DNA from: Spirochaetia bacterium
Lineage (GTDB): Bacteria > Spirochaetota > Spirochaetia > DSM-2461
Length of the DNA: 64,000 bases
NCBI GenBank assembly: GCA_963666985.2
Contig: CAXXIA010000002.1
Span: forward strand, 1,184,001 to 1,248,000
Direction: 5' to 3'
The notes beneath the pieces were generated by a model, which made no database searches, was not told where the DNA came from, and was given only the letters and a program-made list of their open reading frames with translations. The translations under genes were made by a program, and so were the position numbers. Positions 49,847-59,781 of this stretch are shown piece by piece (the first letter of the stretch is position 1; every line of letters begins with the position of its first letter).

Positions 49847-51751
49847 ATGTTTGCCGGCATTGAGAGAAACAACGAATTAACACACAAGGGTTTAATACTT
49901 CTTTGTTTATTAATATCCTTTTCCGTTGCTTCAATCGCCTGCTATGCGATCAGAGAGACCGAGTTGAATTCCAAGGAAAATGTAGAAATTGAATTCACGG
50001 AAAAGATGAAAGATATCATCTCCGAAGAGCTTTTTGATATCCTTAATCAATATTCAAAACTCCTCTTTGTTACCGCTCATTCCACATTGGAAATAATGAA
50101 AAACAACCCGAATAATCCCGAAATCGTAGAAAATTTATATAAAGAAGTTCTTGCTGAATTCCCTTACTTCTATGAGATTAAATATATTAATCCGGAAGGG
50201 AAAGAGATACCCGGTGTTAGAAAAAATGAAAACAGTACATATTCTACATTTATTGGAGATCTTTCAAGCAAAGACGACCGTCATTTCTTTCAAGATATTA
50301 AGGCTCAGGAATTATGGACATTTTACCTTTCACCTTTAGATTTATATATCAATGATGAATCAAACAGCCGCTGGATTCCAATAGTCAGAATAGCAATGCC
50401 TGTTCCGGATCCGTTTTCCAACAAAAAGGGGCTTCTTCTTATTAATATCGATCTAACGGAAGCTCTGAATATTATGCGAAACCAATCGGCTAACAGAAAA
50501 AGTTACCTGCTCAATTCCGACGGTTATTATATGACCGGTGTAGAAAAGGAAAAACTTTGGGGATTTTTATTCGGTAATAATACAACATTTGAAAAGGATT
50601 ATCCCAAAGCTTGGGCACAAATGAGTTCCGGAAAAAACGGCTCCTTTTTCCACGCCGGAAAACTTTTTTCATTTTCTTCAATGGCAATGAAAGGATTGGA
50701 AACGAAAATCTTCATTCGCTCCGGAACCGTATATTCCTATACACCTCCTAAAAGTTCCAATTTTTCCGATTACAGTCTTGTTCTTTCAAACAGCGATACG
50801 GTCAGTTGGATGGTTGTAGTCGTAAGCGATCTTAATTCAAGCGTTCTGCCATCCGAACCTCGGCAGATTATCACATACGCTTTGATTTTCATTATTAGTC
50901 TTCTCATCGGCTGGATATTGGGAAAAAGTATTTATGAAAAAAGGAAAGCCGTTCAAGCCCAAAAAGAAGCACAAGCGGCTCTTATTCAAACGGAGAAGAT
51001 GGCCTCTCTCGGCCGTCTTGTTGCGGGAATCGCTCATGAGCTGAATACCCCAATCGGCGCCTCGGTTACAATAGCCAGTACCATTCAAGATTCAATCAAT
51101 CTTTTTTCTTCGGAGATTCGAAACGGACAAATTAAAAAAACAAGTATTGACGATTTCATTTCCACCATTACAACCGGCTCAAAAACAATGCTGCAGAGTC
51201 TTGATAGGGCGTCGACACTGATTACACATTTCAAACAAGTATCGGTGGATCAATCCAGTGAGCAGCGGCGTACTTTCAGGCTGCCTGATTATATAAACGA
51301 TATCTTGGATACTCTAAAACCGACATTCAAGAAAAGAAACATATATATTGATGTTCAAGCCGAAGAAACTATTGATATCGATTCGTATCCCGGAGCATTC
51401 GCACAAGTAATATCAAATATCATCAATAACGCGGTAATGCATGCGTTCCCTGAGAAAAGCATGGGCATCATCACAATTCATGTGGAAAAGAGACATAACA
51501 ACGTTCAAATTTCTATAAGAGATAACGGTGAAGGGATTCAAAAAGAGCATCTTAACCATATATTTGAGCCTTTCTTCACAACAAAATCGGATTTCGGAGG
51601 GAGTGGTCTGGGCCTGCATATAGCATTCAATATTGTCCATGATCTTCTTGAAGGAACACTGAAGGCTGCAAGTGAGAAAAAAAAATTCACGGAGTTTATA
51701 ATAGAATTACCATTAACTATTAAAATTCAGTCGCATGACCGAGGTACTTAA
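49847..51751 (+). CDS. Cache-type sensor histidine kinase
   Basis: Two TMs around a large periplasmic domain; 'EKMASLGRLVAGIAHELNTPIG', 'DNGEG', 'FEPFFTT', 'GSGLGL'; upstream TTGCAT-N16-TATAAT. Confidence 0.9.
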   Translation: MFAGIERNNELTHKGLILLCLLISFSVASIACYAIRETELNSKENVEIEFTEKMKDIISEELFDILNQYSKLLFVTAHSTLEIMKNNPNNPEIVENLYKEVLAEFPYFYEIKYINPEGKEIPGVRKNENSTYSTFIGDLSSKDDRHFFQDIKAQELWTFYLSPLDLYINDESNSRWIPIVRIAMPVPDPFSNKKGLLLINIDLTEALNIMRNQSANRKSYLLNSDGYYMTGVEKEKLWGFLFGNNTTFEKDYPKAWAQMSSGKNGSFFHAGKLFSFSSMAMKGLETKIFIRSGTVYSYTPPKSSNFSDYSLVLSNSDTVSWMVVVVSDLNSSVLPSEPRQIITYALIFIISLLIGWILGKSIYEKRKAVQAQKEAQAALIQTEKMASLGRLVAGIAHELNTPIGASVTIASTIQDSINLFSSEIRNGQIKKTSIDDFISTITTGSKTMLQSLDRASTLITHFKQVSVDQSSEQRRTFRLPDYINDILDTLKPTFKKRNIYIDVQAEETIDIDSYPGAFAQVISNIINNAVMHAFPEKSMGIITIHVEKRHNNVQISIRDNGEGIQKEHLNHIFEPFFTTKSDFGGSGLGLHIAFNIVHDLLEGTLKAASEKKKFTEFIIELPLTIKIQSHDRGT

Positions 51752-53991
51752 TGAAACGCAATGAAGATTATCTTTCCATAATTGAAGATGATAACGGCGC
51801 TGTAATAAATCCGCCGGCGGAGCATTCGGATGACTTTTCATGGGATGTTCTTGTTGTGGATGATGAAAAATTGGTTCATGACGTTACGAAACTTGCATTA
51901 CGGAAAGAAAAAATCTTCGGCTGGCCCATAACCCTTCATCATGCATATTCGGGGAATGAAGGTTTGAAAATGATTCTGGGAGGTCAGCGGTTTGTTGTCG
52001 CGTTCATAGACGTTGTCATGGAAACGGAAGACGCCGGCCTTAAACTCGTTCAGGAAATTAGGAAACGGGGATATAATGACATCCGAATCATACTTCGGAC
52101 GGGGCAACCCGGATATGCTCCCGAACTCTCGGTCCTGACAGAATACGATATCAACGATTATCGGGTAAAAACCGAACTGACAAAAACAAAACTCATGTCG
52201 GTGCTTATATCGGCCGTCAGATCCTTTCGTCAGATTGATACCATTAATAATGCCCGCAAAGGACTTGAACTTATAATTAATGCCGCGTCGGATTTGTTTC
52301 AGCAGCAGAACATTGAAAAATTCAGCGAAGGAGTTTTAACGCAAATTTCTTCACTTCTCGGAGAGCATACCAGCGGATTCGTCAGCATTTCAACAAACAG
52401 CGACGAAAGCGATTCACATCTTCAAGACTATTTTGTCATATGCGGTACCGGAGTATTTGAGAGCTGCGGGGGGAAAAATCTCTCTGAAATCGATGATACG
52501 CAGATGAAGAATCATTTCAGCATGTCATTGACATTAAATAAACAAATTATTACCGCTGAAGACGGTTCTCTTGCCCTTTATATCACTTCCTATAAGGGGG
52601 GCAATGCTTTCATCTACATTAAAAGCGATTATGAATTATCCAATGACAACATCTCTTTACTAAAACTTTTCGGTATAAATATTTCGGCATGCTTTAACAA
52701 TATCAATCTGATTCAGAACCTCGACGCCATAGCCTTCACGGATATTGCAACCGGATTTCCTAATTTTAATGCATTAAAAAAGGAAATCTCTTTTGTCATT
52801 GAAGAAAAAAAACATTCCGTAGTTCTTTTATTAATTCACATAGACGGTCTTGGGAAAATGCTCAGTCTTTTCGGCACGAAAATCTTCAATCAGGTTGCCA
52901 ACGAAATCTATCTGAAATTGTCGGAATATCTTCCTCTGGCACGGATAATTACCCGCTCGGCCCGCGGCGACTTTGCCGTATTGCTGAATGAAAAAGACTT
53001 TGATCGAAAAAAAATTGAAGCCTTACGTTTTTTCCCCTTAAATGTGAATCAAAACGAATTACACTTAGCGACAACAATGGCTTCCGCTCAACTCCATGAA
53101 GAGGATCTGAATCCCGAAGACATTTTACAAAGAGCTATTTTAACGCTCATTATTGGGAAAGCCGAAAATCGCGGACATCTAACGGAATATAACGACACAA
53201 TCGCGGCAACGCTTAAAGATAGACTGAATATTCAGTATCATATACGCGAATCCTTCCGAAACGAATCTTCTCCGATTGAAGTTTTCCTTCAGCCGAAATT
53301 TGATATCTCCGCCGATAAGGTTGTCGGAGCGGAAGCACTCTCACGCTGGAAAATGAATGACACATACGTGTCTCCGGATATTTTTATTCCAATCATCGAA
53401 GAATCGGGATTGTCGATGATATTGACTGAATTTGTTTTAAAGGCAATTTCCGAATGGCAAAAGAGCAGACGGCAATCGGAATATCCTGTTATTCCTGTTT
53501 CGGTGAACTTATCCATGAAAGATATTCCGCAGCAGAATTTCGCGATTGAGCTGCTCAATCAAACGGACAACCTCGGCCTTACTCCGGAAATGATTGAATT
53601 TGAAATTACGGAAAACGTCATCATGTACAATCCCGAGCAGGCCATTATCGAACTGAATCAGATAAAATCGGCCGGATATAAAATCGCTTGTGATGATTTC
53701 GGAAAAGGTTATTCCTCCCTTTCTTATTTAAACAGACTTCCGATAGATATCATAAAAATCGACAGAGCCTTTATTACGCCGCTTCTTCCTGAGAACGCCT
53801 CACGAAGCATTGCGGCGACAATAATCGCCATGACCGCGAGTCTGGGCCTTGAAAACGTGGCCGAGGGTATAGAAACGGAAGAACATCATAAAGCGCTTGA
53901 AGTCTTAGGATGTAATATCTGCCAGGGATTTCTGTACGGGAAACCGGTTCATATTGATTCTTTTAACTCGGTTTTCTGTTCGGGGAAATAA
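51751..53991 (+). CDS. Response regulator: REC-DUF3369-degenerate GGDEF-EAL (c-di-GMP phosphodiesterase)
   Basis: 'VVDDE', phosphoacceptor 'IDVVME', 'RTGQPG'; GGDEF position reads 'ARGDF'; 'AEAL' and 'DDFGKGYSSLSYL' intact. Confidence 0.88.
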   Translation: MKRNEDYLSIIEDDNGAVINPPAEHSDDFSWDVLVVDDEKLVHDVTKLALRKEKIFGWPITLHHAYSGNEGLKMILGGQRFVVAFIDVVMETEDAGLKLVQEIRKRGYNDIRIILRTGQPGYAPELSVLTEYDINDYRVKTELTKTKLMSVLISAVRSFRQIDTINNARKGLELIINAASDLFQQQNIEKFSEGVLTQISSLLGEHTSGFVSISTNSDESDSHLQDYFVICGTGVFESCGGKNLSEIDDTQMKNHFSMSLTLNKQIITAEDGSLALYITSYKGGNAFIYIKSDYELSNDNISLLKLFGINISACFNNINLIQNLDAIAFTDIATGFPNFNALKKEISFVIEEKKHSVVLLLIHIDGLGKMLSLFGTKIFNQVANEIYLKLSEYLPLARIITRSARGDFAVLLNEKDFDRKKIEALRFFPLNVNQNELHLATTMASAQLHEEDLNPEDILQRAILTLIIGKAENRGHLTEYNDTIAATLKDRLNIQYHIRESFRNESSPIEVFLQPKFDISADKVVGAEALSRWKMNDTYVSPDIFIPIIEESGLSMILTEFVLKAISEWQKSRRQSEYPVIPVSVNLSMKDIPQQNFAIELLNQTDNLGLTPEMIEFEITENVIMYNPEQAIIELNQIKSAGYKIACDDFGKGYSSLSYLNRLPIDIIKIDRAFITPLLPENASRSIAATIIAMTASLGLENVAEGIETEEHHKALEVLGCNICQGFLYGKPVHIDSFNSVFCSGK

Positions 53992-53993
53992 TT

Positions 53994-54737
53994 CTACCGA
54001 GGCTTTATGCCGGCAGAGTCCGCCTGTTTCCGCTCCGGAAGATTCTTACAGCCGCCCTCGGCTTCGATGGTTTGGTACATGATATTCCGAACATATTCGG
54101 ACATGTTGTGAACCATATCTCGGCGAGAAACACCTGCTTTACGAAAATCATCGGGATGGACGGCTTCACCGATAACAAAAAGCGTTTTAGGCGGCCACCA
54201 CGGAAATATTTTCCGTATAGGCCTTTCCTTCAGAACTTCCGTCAGCGGGAACACAGGAACATTGTTGAGAAACGCGAAGAAAAAAACGCCCTCCAGGAAG
54301 GGGCCCGGTTCCTGAGAACGCCAGCTAAGAACTCCTTCCGGATAGAAATGGACCAGCCAGTTCTTCTCCAAACCTTTTTTCACGAAGCCTGCGATACCCA
54401 TGGGATGATCGTCGGGTATGCCAAAGGCTCTCAGCAGACGTGTAAGCCAGCCGACATCCCTGCGGGTAACGTTATTCTCTTCGGCGCTGAACAAAATCTT
54501 TCGCGGCCAGAACGCGATAGCGCTCATACCGGGTTCGATGAACTGACAATGATTGGCCGCAATCATGCCGCGCCGAAAACCTTTAAGGTTCCGACGTCCT
54601 TTTACCCGCCATCCGAAGACCAGCGGACAGACGATAATCAGTACGGGAGATACGATAAGATAGTAGACGATGAAGCTGAGAACACGAAATCCCAGCGGAC
54701 CGTCCAATGAAGTTGGGACTTTTCTCATTCGGACCAT
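53994..54737 (-). CDS. PlsC-like lysophospholipid acyltransferase
   Basis: 'ANHCQFIE' (HX4E variant), 'FYPEG', 'VPVFP'. Confidence 0.8.
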   Translation of the reverse strand: MVRMRKVPTSLDGPLGFRVLSFIVYYLIVSPVLIIVCPLVFGWRVKGRRNLKGFRRGMIAANHCQFIEPGMSAIAFWPRKILFSAEENNVTRRDVGWLTRLLRAFGIPDDHPMGIAGFVKKGLEKNWLVHFYPEGVLSWRSQEPGPFLEGVFFFAFLNNVPVFPLTEVLKERPIRKIFPWWPPKTLFVIGEAVHPDDFRKAGVSRRDMVHNMSEYVRNIMYQTIEAEGGCKNLPERKQADSAGIKPR

Positions 54738-54755
54738 CCTTTCACATGATTCGGC

Positions 54756-55895
54756 TTATAAGACTTTTCGATCTTTCCAATCAAAACCGTGACCCGTTTT
54801 GTCGTCGTAGCAACTTTTCCAGGCCAATATCAAAACATAAAAAAACTGAACGGGATAGAAAAGCGGTACGTACCAGGGTAATCGTCTGTCGTAGAGAGTA
54901 ATTGCCCAGCCGAGAAGGATGCCGCCGTTCCCCGCCAGAATCCAGGGCGTTTCCGTCCACCCGAATATCAAAGAGAGCGGAATAAGGAAGGCCGGAACAA
55001 TCAAGAAACCTGTAATAAAAACAGACATAATCGCAAGCGGATAAACTTTCTTATCGAAATATTCGTAGATCGACCTCTTCAGACCGGCGACGGTATGCTT
55101 CCAGGATTCGTACATGTTTCCGGCCAGAACCTTTCTGGCGTCCAGGAACACATGTTTGTACCCCGCCGATTTCACCGCCCTCGCCATCTGGATGTCTTCC
55201 AGAATTTTGTCTTTAACGACTTCGAATCCCCCAAGTCCTTCATAGGCTTCCCGGCGAAAAACCATCAATTGACCGATGGCATGACTTATTAAAGGAGTCT
55301 TCAATCGCTTGATAAGCCAGAACGGAAGAAAGGTGAAATTCACAAGGTACATCAGCGGAAAAAAGATATATTCCTTGAAACTATTGGCCCGATGACGCGC
55401 GTATGCGGACATCGAATCGGTTCCATGCCGATGCATTCTCTCCGCCGTCCAGGAAAGGAAATCCGTTGCAGGCATAATGTCGGCGTCCAGAAAAACAAAG
55501 ATTTCGCCCTCAGCTTTTTCGGCCAGCTGTGTCATCGCATAGGGTTTGCCCTTCCATCCCTCCACAAGAGGCCGACCTTTAATAATGCGGACTCGATTGT
55601 CGCCGGCGGCATATTCCTCAAGAATATTCCAGGTTCCGTCGGTTGAATTGTCATCAATTACAAGAACTTCATAGTCCTTGTAATCCTGTTTGAGAATGGC
55701 ATCAAGTGTCGGACGAATCCTGTGCTCTTCATTTCTTGCGGGAATGAGTACGGAGATTTTAGGCCCGTCAAGCAGGCGTTTCCGCCGCCGGGACAGCCGA
55801 AAATAAACGGCATTGGATGAACCGATAAGAACGAACCAACATCCCGCGACGACCAGAAAGAACGCGTACCACGCCAGAAAAGTATGCATCTTCAA
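54756..55895 (-). CDS. Membrane GT2 glycosyltransferase (CrtQ/CruC/HpnB-like)
   Basis: 'IPARNEE', 'DDNSTDGT', 'GWKGK', 'FLDAD', 'GQ', 'ILED'; N- and C-terminal TMs. Confidence 0.88.
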   Translation of the reverse strand: MKMHTFLAWYAFFLVVAGCWFVLIGSSNAVYFRLSRRRKRLLDGPKISVLIPARNEEHRIRPTLDAILKQDYKDYEVLVIDDNSTDGTWNILEEYAAGDNRVRIIKGRPLVEGWKGKPYAMTQLAEKAEGEIFVFLDADIMPATDFLSWTAERMHRHGTDSMSAYARHRANSFKEYIFFPLMYLVNFTFLPFWLIKRLKTPLISHAIGQLMVFRREAYEGLGGFEVVKDKILEDIQMARAVKSAGYKHVFLDARKVLAGNMYESWKHTVAGLKRSIYEYFDKKVYPLAIMSVFITGFLIVPAFLIPLSLIFGWTETPWILAGNGGILLGWAITLYDRRLPWYVPLFYPVQFFYVLILAWKSCYDDKTGHGFDWKDRKVL

Positions 55896-55935
55896 CTATA
55901 TTACCATATCCGGAACGCTGGGCCAAATATTCATG

Positions 55936-56763
55936 TTATTGACCGCCGGCTTCGCTGAGTTCCAGCATGGCCGCCGCGTAAATATTTCCCGGATAGAAGG
56001 TTAATGCCTCACGAAAATAAGGTATGGCCTCGTCCCATCTGCCGGCCATGGTGTGGGCGAAACCGATACCTACGGCCGCGTTATGCCGATCTTCCCTATC
56101 CAGGCCTCCGAGGGCCTTTATCTCCTCAAGCATCGCGATTCCCCGATCCGGATCCCCGCCCCAAATGGACGGTGAATAGACATAGCGGGACGCCAAAATC
56201 ATACGAGCCTTCGGGTCGTCCGGATTCAAGGATACCGCCTCTTCGGCAAGCGGCTGGATTTTCGGTCCGTTGGACATGAGGAATCCGAGGGTTTTCAGCG
56301 TGGAAAGCTGACTTAAGCATTCGACATAAAGCCGTACGCTTCGAGCATTACGGCCGTCGGCCATGGATGCTTCGGCAAGATCCATGGACTCTTCATAAAG
56401 CGCGATGATGTCATCCAGCCGTGAATAACTCTTTTGAAGCTTTTTGAACTTTCCGCGGCGCAGATCGTCATCCTGGTCCAGAACCTCCCCTACAGTATCC
56501 AAAGCCTGGAATCCCCGAGCCATGTAATAAGAGGCTTCGGCCATCCAAAACGCCTTTTGCTGTTCGGTCAGCGCCAAATCTCCCAGATCCGCGCGAAGAA
56601 TACGAAAATCTCGATAGAGTTCATCATCGTCAATCCGCTGGAGGTACATTGCATCCCTGAAAACCGCGACGAGAGCCGCCGCATCGTTTTCGGGATTGAT
56701 TTGCTGAGCCATAAGCGTAACGGGGAAAAGCAGAAACATCAGGGGGACAAATCTTTGAAACAT
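55936..56763 (-). CDS. Exported tetratricopeptide-repeat protein
   Basis: Signal peptide; helical repeats; 'AIPYFREALTFYPGN'. Confidence 0.7.
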   Translation of the reverse strand: MFQRFVPLMFLLFPVTLMAQQINPENDAAALVAVFRDAMYLQRIDDDELYRDFRILRADLGDLALTEQQKAFWMAEASYYMARGFQALDTVGEVLDQDDDLRRGKFKKLQKSYSRLDDIIALYEESMDLAEASMADGRNARSVRLYVECLSQLSTLKTLGFLMSNGPKIQPLAEEAVSLNPDDPKARMILASRYVYSPSIWGGDPDRGIAMLEEIKALGGLDREDRHNAAVGIGFAHTMAGRWDEAIPYFREALTFYPGNIYAAAMLELSEAGGQ

Positions 56764-56891
56764 AGAACTCAAAGATATAACTCGAATCGGAAGATCACAA
56801 GATTATGCCTTATTACCCGTATTACAATCTTGAAACCATCAATCCCGCAAGACCCTTAACGAGTTCTCCCTAACCCGATATCATCCACCTT

Positions 56892-59411
56892 ATGAGCAGC
56901 TATCCGTTTAACGTAATTGAACCTAAATGGCAGAAGTACTGGGAGGACAACAAAACGTTCCGATCCTCCGAAGATGAGAGCATCCCCGCTGAAAAGCGAC
57001 GTTATATCCTGGACATGTTTCCCTACCCTTCCGGCGCCGGACTGCACGTAGGTCATCCGGAAGGCTACACCGCGACCGACATTTACTGCCGGTATCTCAG
57101 GATGAACGGTTATTCCGTTCTCCATCCCATGGGATACGATTCCTTCGGTCTCCCGGCGGAAAACTACGCCATCAAAACCGGTACGCCTCCGCGAAGCACG
57201 ACCGAGGCGAATATAGAGCATTTTACAAAACAGATTAAAAGCCTGGGCTTCAGTTACGACTGGGACCGGGAAGTCCGAACCCATACTCCCGAATACTACC
57301 GCTGGACCCAGTGGATTTTCCTCCAGCTCTTTAAAAAAGGACTCGCTTATGAGTCGGACATGCCCATCAATTGGTGTTCCAGCTGCAAAACGGGCCTGGC
57401 CAACGAAGAGGTTAAGGACGGAAAATGCGAACGGTGCGGCCAACTGGTTGAACGCCGAAACCTGCGGCAATGGGTTCTGAAAATCACCTCCTACGCCGAA
57501 CAGCTTTTGGAAGACTTGGATCAACTCGACTGGCCGGAGTCCATCAAGGCGATGCAGCGCAACTGGATAGGCCGTTCCGAAGGCGCCAATGTTACATTCG
57601 CCCTTTCCGGCGATGCCGCGGCCCATGGGCACATAGAAGTCTACACCACTCGGCCGGACACCCTTTTCGGAGCCACCTACATGGTTCTGGCTCCGGAACA
57701 TCATCTGGTGCAAAAAATCACAACCGATGAACAGCGGCCGGCCGTGGATGCCTACATTGAAAAAGCCAGCTATAAAAGCGATTTGGAACGGACCGATCTT
57801 GCCAAGGATAAAACCGGTGTGTTCACCGGCGCCTACGCGGTGAATCCGGTTAACGGTGAGAAAATCCCCGTATGGATCTCCGACTACATCCTCATTTCCT
57901 ACGGAACCGGCGCCATCATGGCGGTTCCGGCCCACGATCAGCGGGACTGGGAGTTCGCCAAGGAATTCGGACTTCCCATCATAGAAGTCCTCCGGGGCGG
58001 TGATGTTGAAGCGGAAGCGTTCACCGGCGACGGCCCACACGTCAATTCAGGATATCTGGATGGTATGGGAAAACAGGAAGCCATCGATGCCGTCATTGCA
58101 AAGCTTCAAAAAGACGATGTCGGCTTCAAGACGATCAACTATAAACTTCGCGATTGGATTTTCAGCCGTCAGCGCTACTGGGGCGAGCCCATTCCTTTGG
58201 TGCACTGCCCCAAATGCGGCATTGTACCGGTTCCTGAAGACCAGCTGCCGCTGACTCTGCCGGAAGTCAAAAGCTATGAACCCTCTGGGACCGGTGAAAG
58301 TCCTCTGGCCGTTATCGACGAATGGGTGAACTGTGAATGCCCGGTCTGCGGCTCTCCGGCGAAGCGGGAAACCAACACCATGCCGCAATGGGCCGGTTCC
58401 TGCTGGTATTTCCTGCGCTTTCTGGATCCGAAGAACACCGAATGTTTTGTCGATCCCAAAAAAGAACAATACTGGATGCCCGTAGACCTCTACGTCGGCG
58501 GCGCCGAACACGCGGTGCTCCATCTGCTCTATGCACGGTTCTGGCACAAGGTGCTCTACGACATTGGCGCGGTTTCCACCAAGGAGCCCTTCCAGCGCTT
58601 AATCAACCAGGGAATGATCACGTCTTTTGCCTACATGCGGAAAGATAAAACCCTTGTTCCCGTGGACGAAGTGGAAATCAGCGGAGAAACCTACACGGAA
58701 AAAGCCACGGGCGAGAACTTGGAACAGGTTGTCGCCAAGATGTCCAAGAGTCTGAAGAACGTTATCAATCCGGACGACATCATCCGGGACTTCGGCGCCG
58801 ACTCCATGCGGATGTACGAAATGTTCATGGGTCCTTTGGAAGTTTCCATGCCTTGGCAGACCCAAGGGCTGGCAGGCGTTCATCGTTTTCTGAATCGTGT
58901 CTGGGATGTTGCGAACCGGCCCATGGACGACGGAGAACCGCCGGCGGACCTGACGAAGGTTCTTCACAAAACCCTGAAGAAGGTCGGTACGGACACATCG
59001 ACTCTGAATTTCAACACGGCCATCGCTCAAATGATGATTTTTGTTAACGAAGTTTTTAAGGAAAAGGTCTGCTGGCGCAGGCTCTGGGAACCGTTTGTTC
59101 TTGTTCTGGCTCCTTATGCACCTCATCTGGCGGAAGAAATGTGGGCCATGATCGGGCATCAGGACTCATTGGCGTATGAAACCTATCCGATTTGGGATGA
59201 TGAGCTGGCGGCGGACGACGAAAAAGAAATCGTTCTCCAGATTAACGGAAAAGTCCGCTCAAAAATCACCCTGCCGGCGGGCACCGATAAAACAGAACTG
59301 GAGCGCTTGGCCCGGGCCGATGAAAAAATCGTCGAATGGATTGAAGGAAAAACCGTGCTGAAGGTTATCGCCGTTCCCGACAGGCTCGTAAACTTCGTCG
59401 TGAAAGGCTGA
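56892..59411 (+). CDS. leuS: Leucine--tRNA ligase
   Basis: '[14 protein letters not shown]' (HIGH), 'KMSKS', '[15 protein letters not shown]'. Confidence 0.98.
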   Translation: MSSYPFNVIEPKWQKYWEDNKTFRSSEDESIPAEKRRYILDMFPYPSGAGLHVGHPEGYTATDIYCRYLRMNGYSVLHPMGYDSFGLPAENYAIKTGTPPRSTTEANIEHFTKQIKSLGFSYDWDREVRTHTPEYYRWTQWIFLQLFKKGLAYESDMPINWCSSCKTGLANEEVKDGKCERCGQLVERRNLRQWVLKITSYAEQLLEDLDQLDWPESIKAMQRNWIGRSEGANVTFALSGDAAAHGHIEVYTTRPDTLFGATYMVLAPEHHLVQKITTDEQRPAVDAYIEKASYKSDLERTDLAKDKTGVFTGAYAVNPVNGEKIPVWISDYILISYGTGAIMAVPAHDQRDWEFAKEFGLPIIEVLRGGDVEAEAFTGDGPHVNSGYLDGMGKQEAIDAVIAKLQKDDVGFKTINYKLRDWIFSRQRYWGEPIPLVHCPKCGIVPVPEDQLPLTLPEVKSYEPSGTGESPLAVIDEWVNCECPVCGSPAKRETNTMPQWAGSCWYFLRFLDPKNTECFVDPKKEQYWMPVDLYVGGAEHAVLHLLYARFWHKVLYDIGAVSTKEPFQRLINQGMITSFAYMRKDKTLVPVDEVEISGETYTEKATGENLEQVVAKMSKSLKNVINPDDIIRDFGADSMRMYEMFMGPLEVSMPWQTQGLAGVHRFLNRVWDVANRPMDDGEPPADLTKVLHKTLKKVGTDTSTLNFNTAIAQMMIFVNEVFKEKVCWRRLWEPFVLVLAPYAPHLAEEMWAMIGHQDSLAYETYPIWDDELAADDEKEIVLQINGKVRSKITLPAGTDKTELERLARADEKIVEWIEGKTVLKVIAVPDRLVNFVVKG

Positions 59412-59462
59412 AGTCGGATGAAGTCGGATGAAAATCGCCTGAAAATCAGCCTTTTCAGGCGA
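59409..59462. repeat. Short tandem duplication plus 11-bp hairpin after leuS
   Basis: TGAAGTCGGA x2 (59409-59428); TCGCCTGAAAA(59435-45)/TTTTCAGGCGA(59452-62). Confidence 0.6.
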
Positions 59463-59781
59463 CAGAGGAATTCCGGCGGCCGCTTATCGCGAGAAACTCC
59501 TTCTCCTACGGCCGTATCCGTATAAGAAGGTTCCATGATGGGGAATCTCCCGCAAGCTCTTTTCGTTCTTGGTATCATCAGGCAGCGGCGGAGCACCGGC
59601 CCGGCGGACTCATGACGAACGTATCGGCACGACTCTTTCAGTGAAAAACCCAAGACGCTTTGAATGCCGCTTCAAAAAAGCGGACTCACGGTACATCAGG
59701 CGAATAATTTCCGAAAGAAATCTCGGTTCTTATAGGGAAATAAGGTAACATAATTCACCCAAACAATTTGAATTGAGAACG

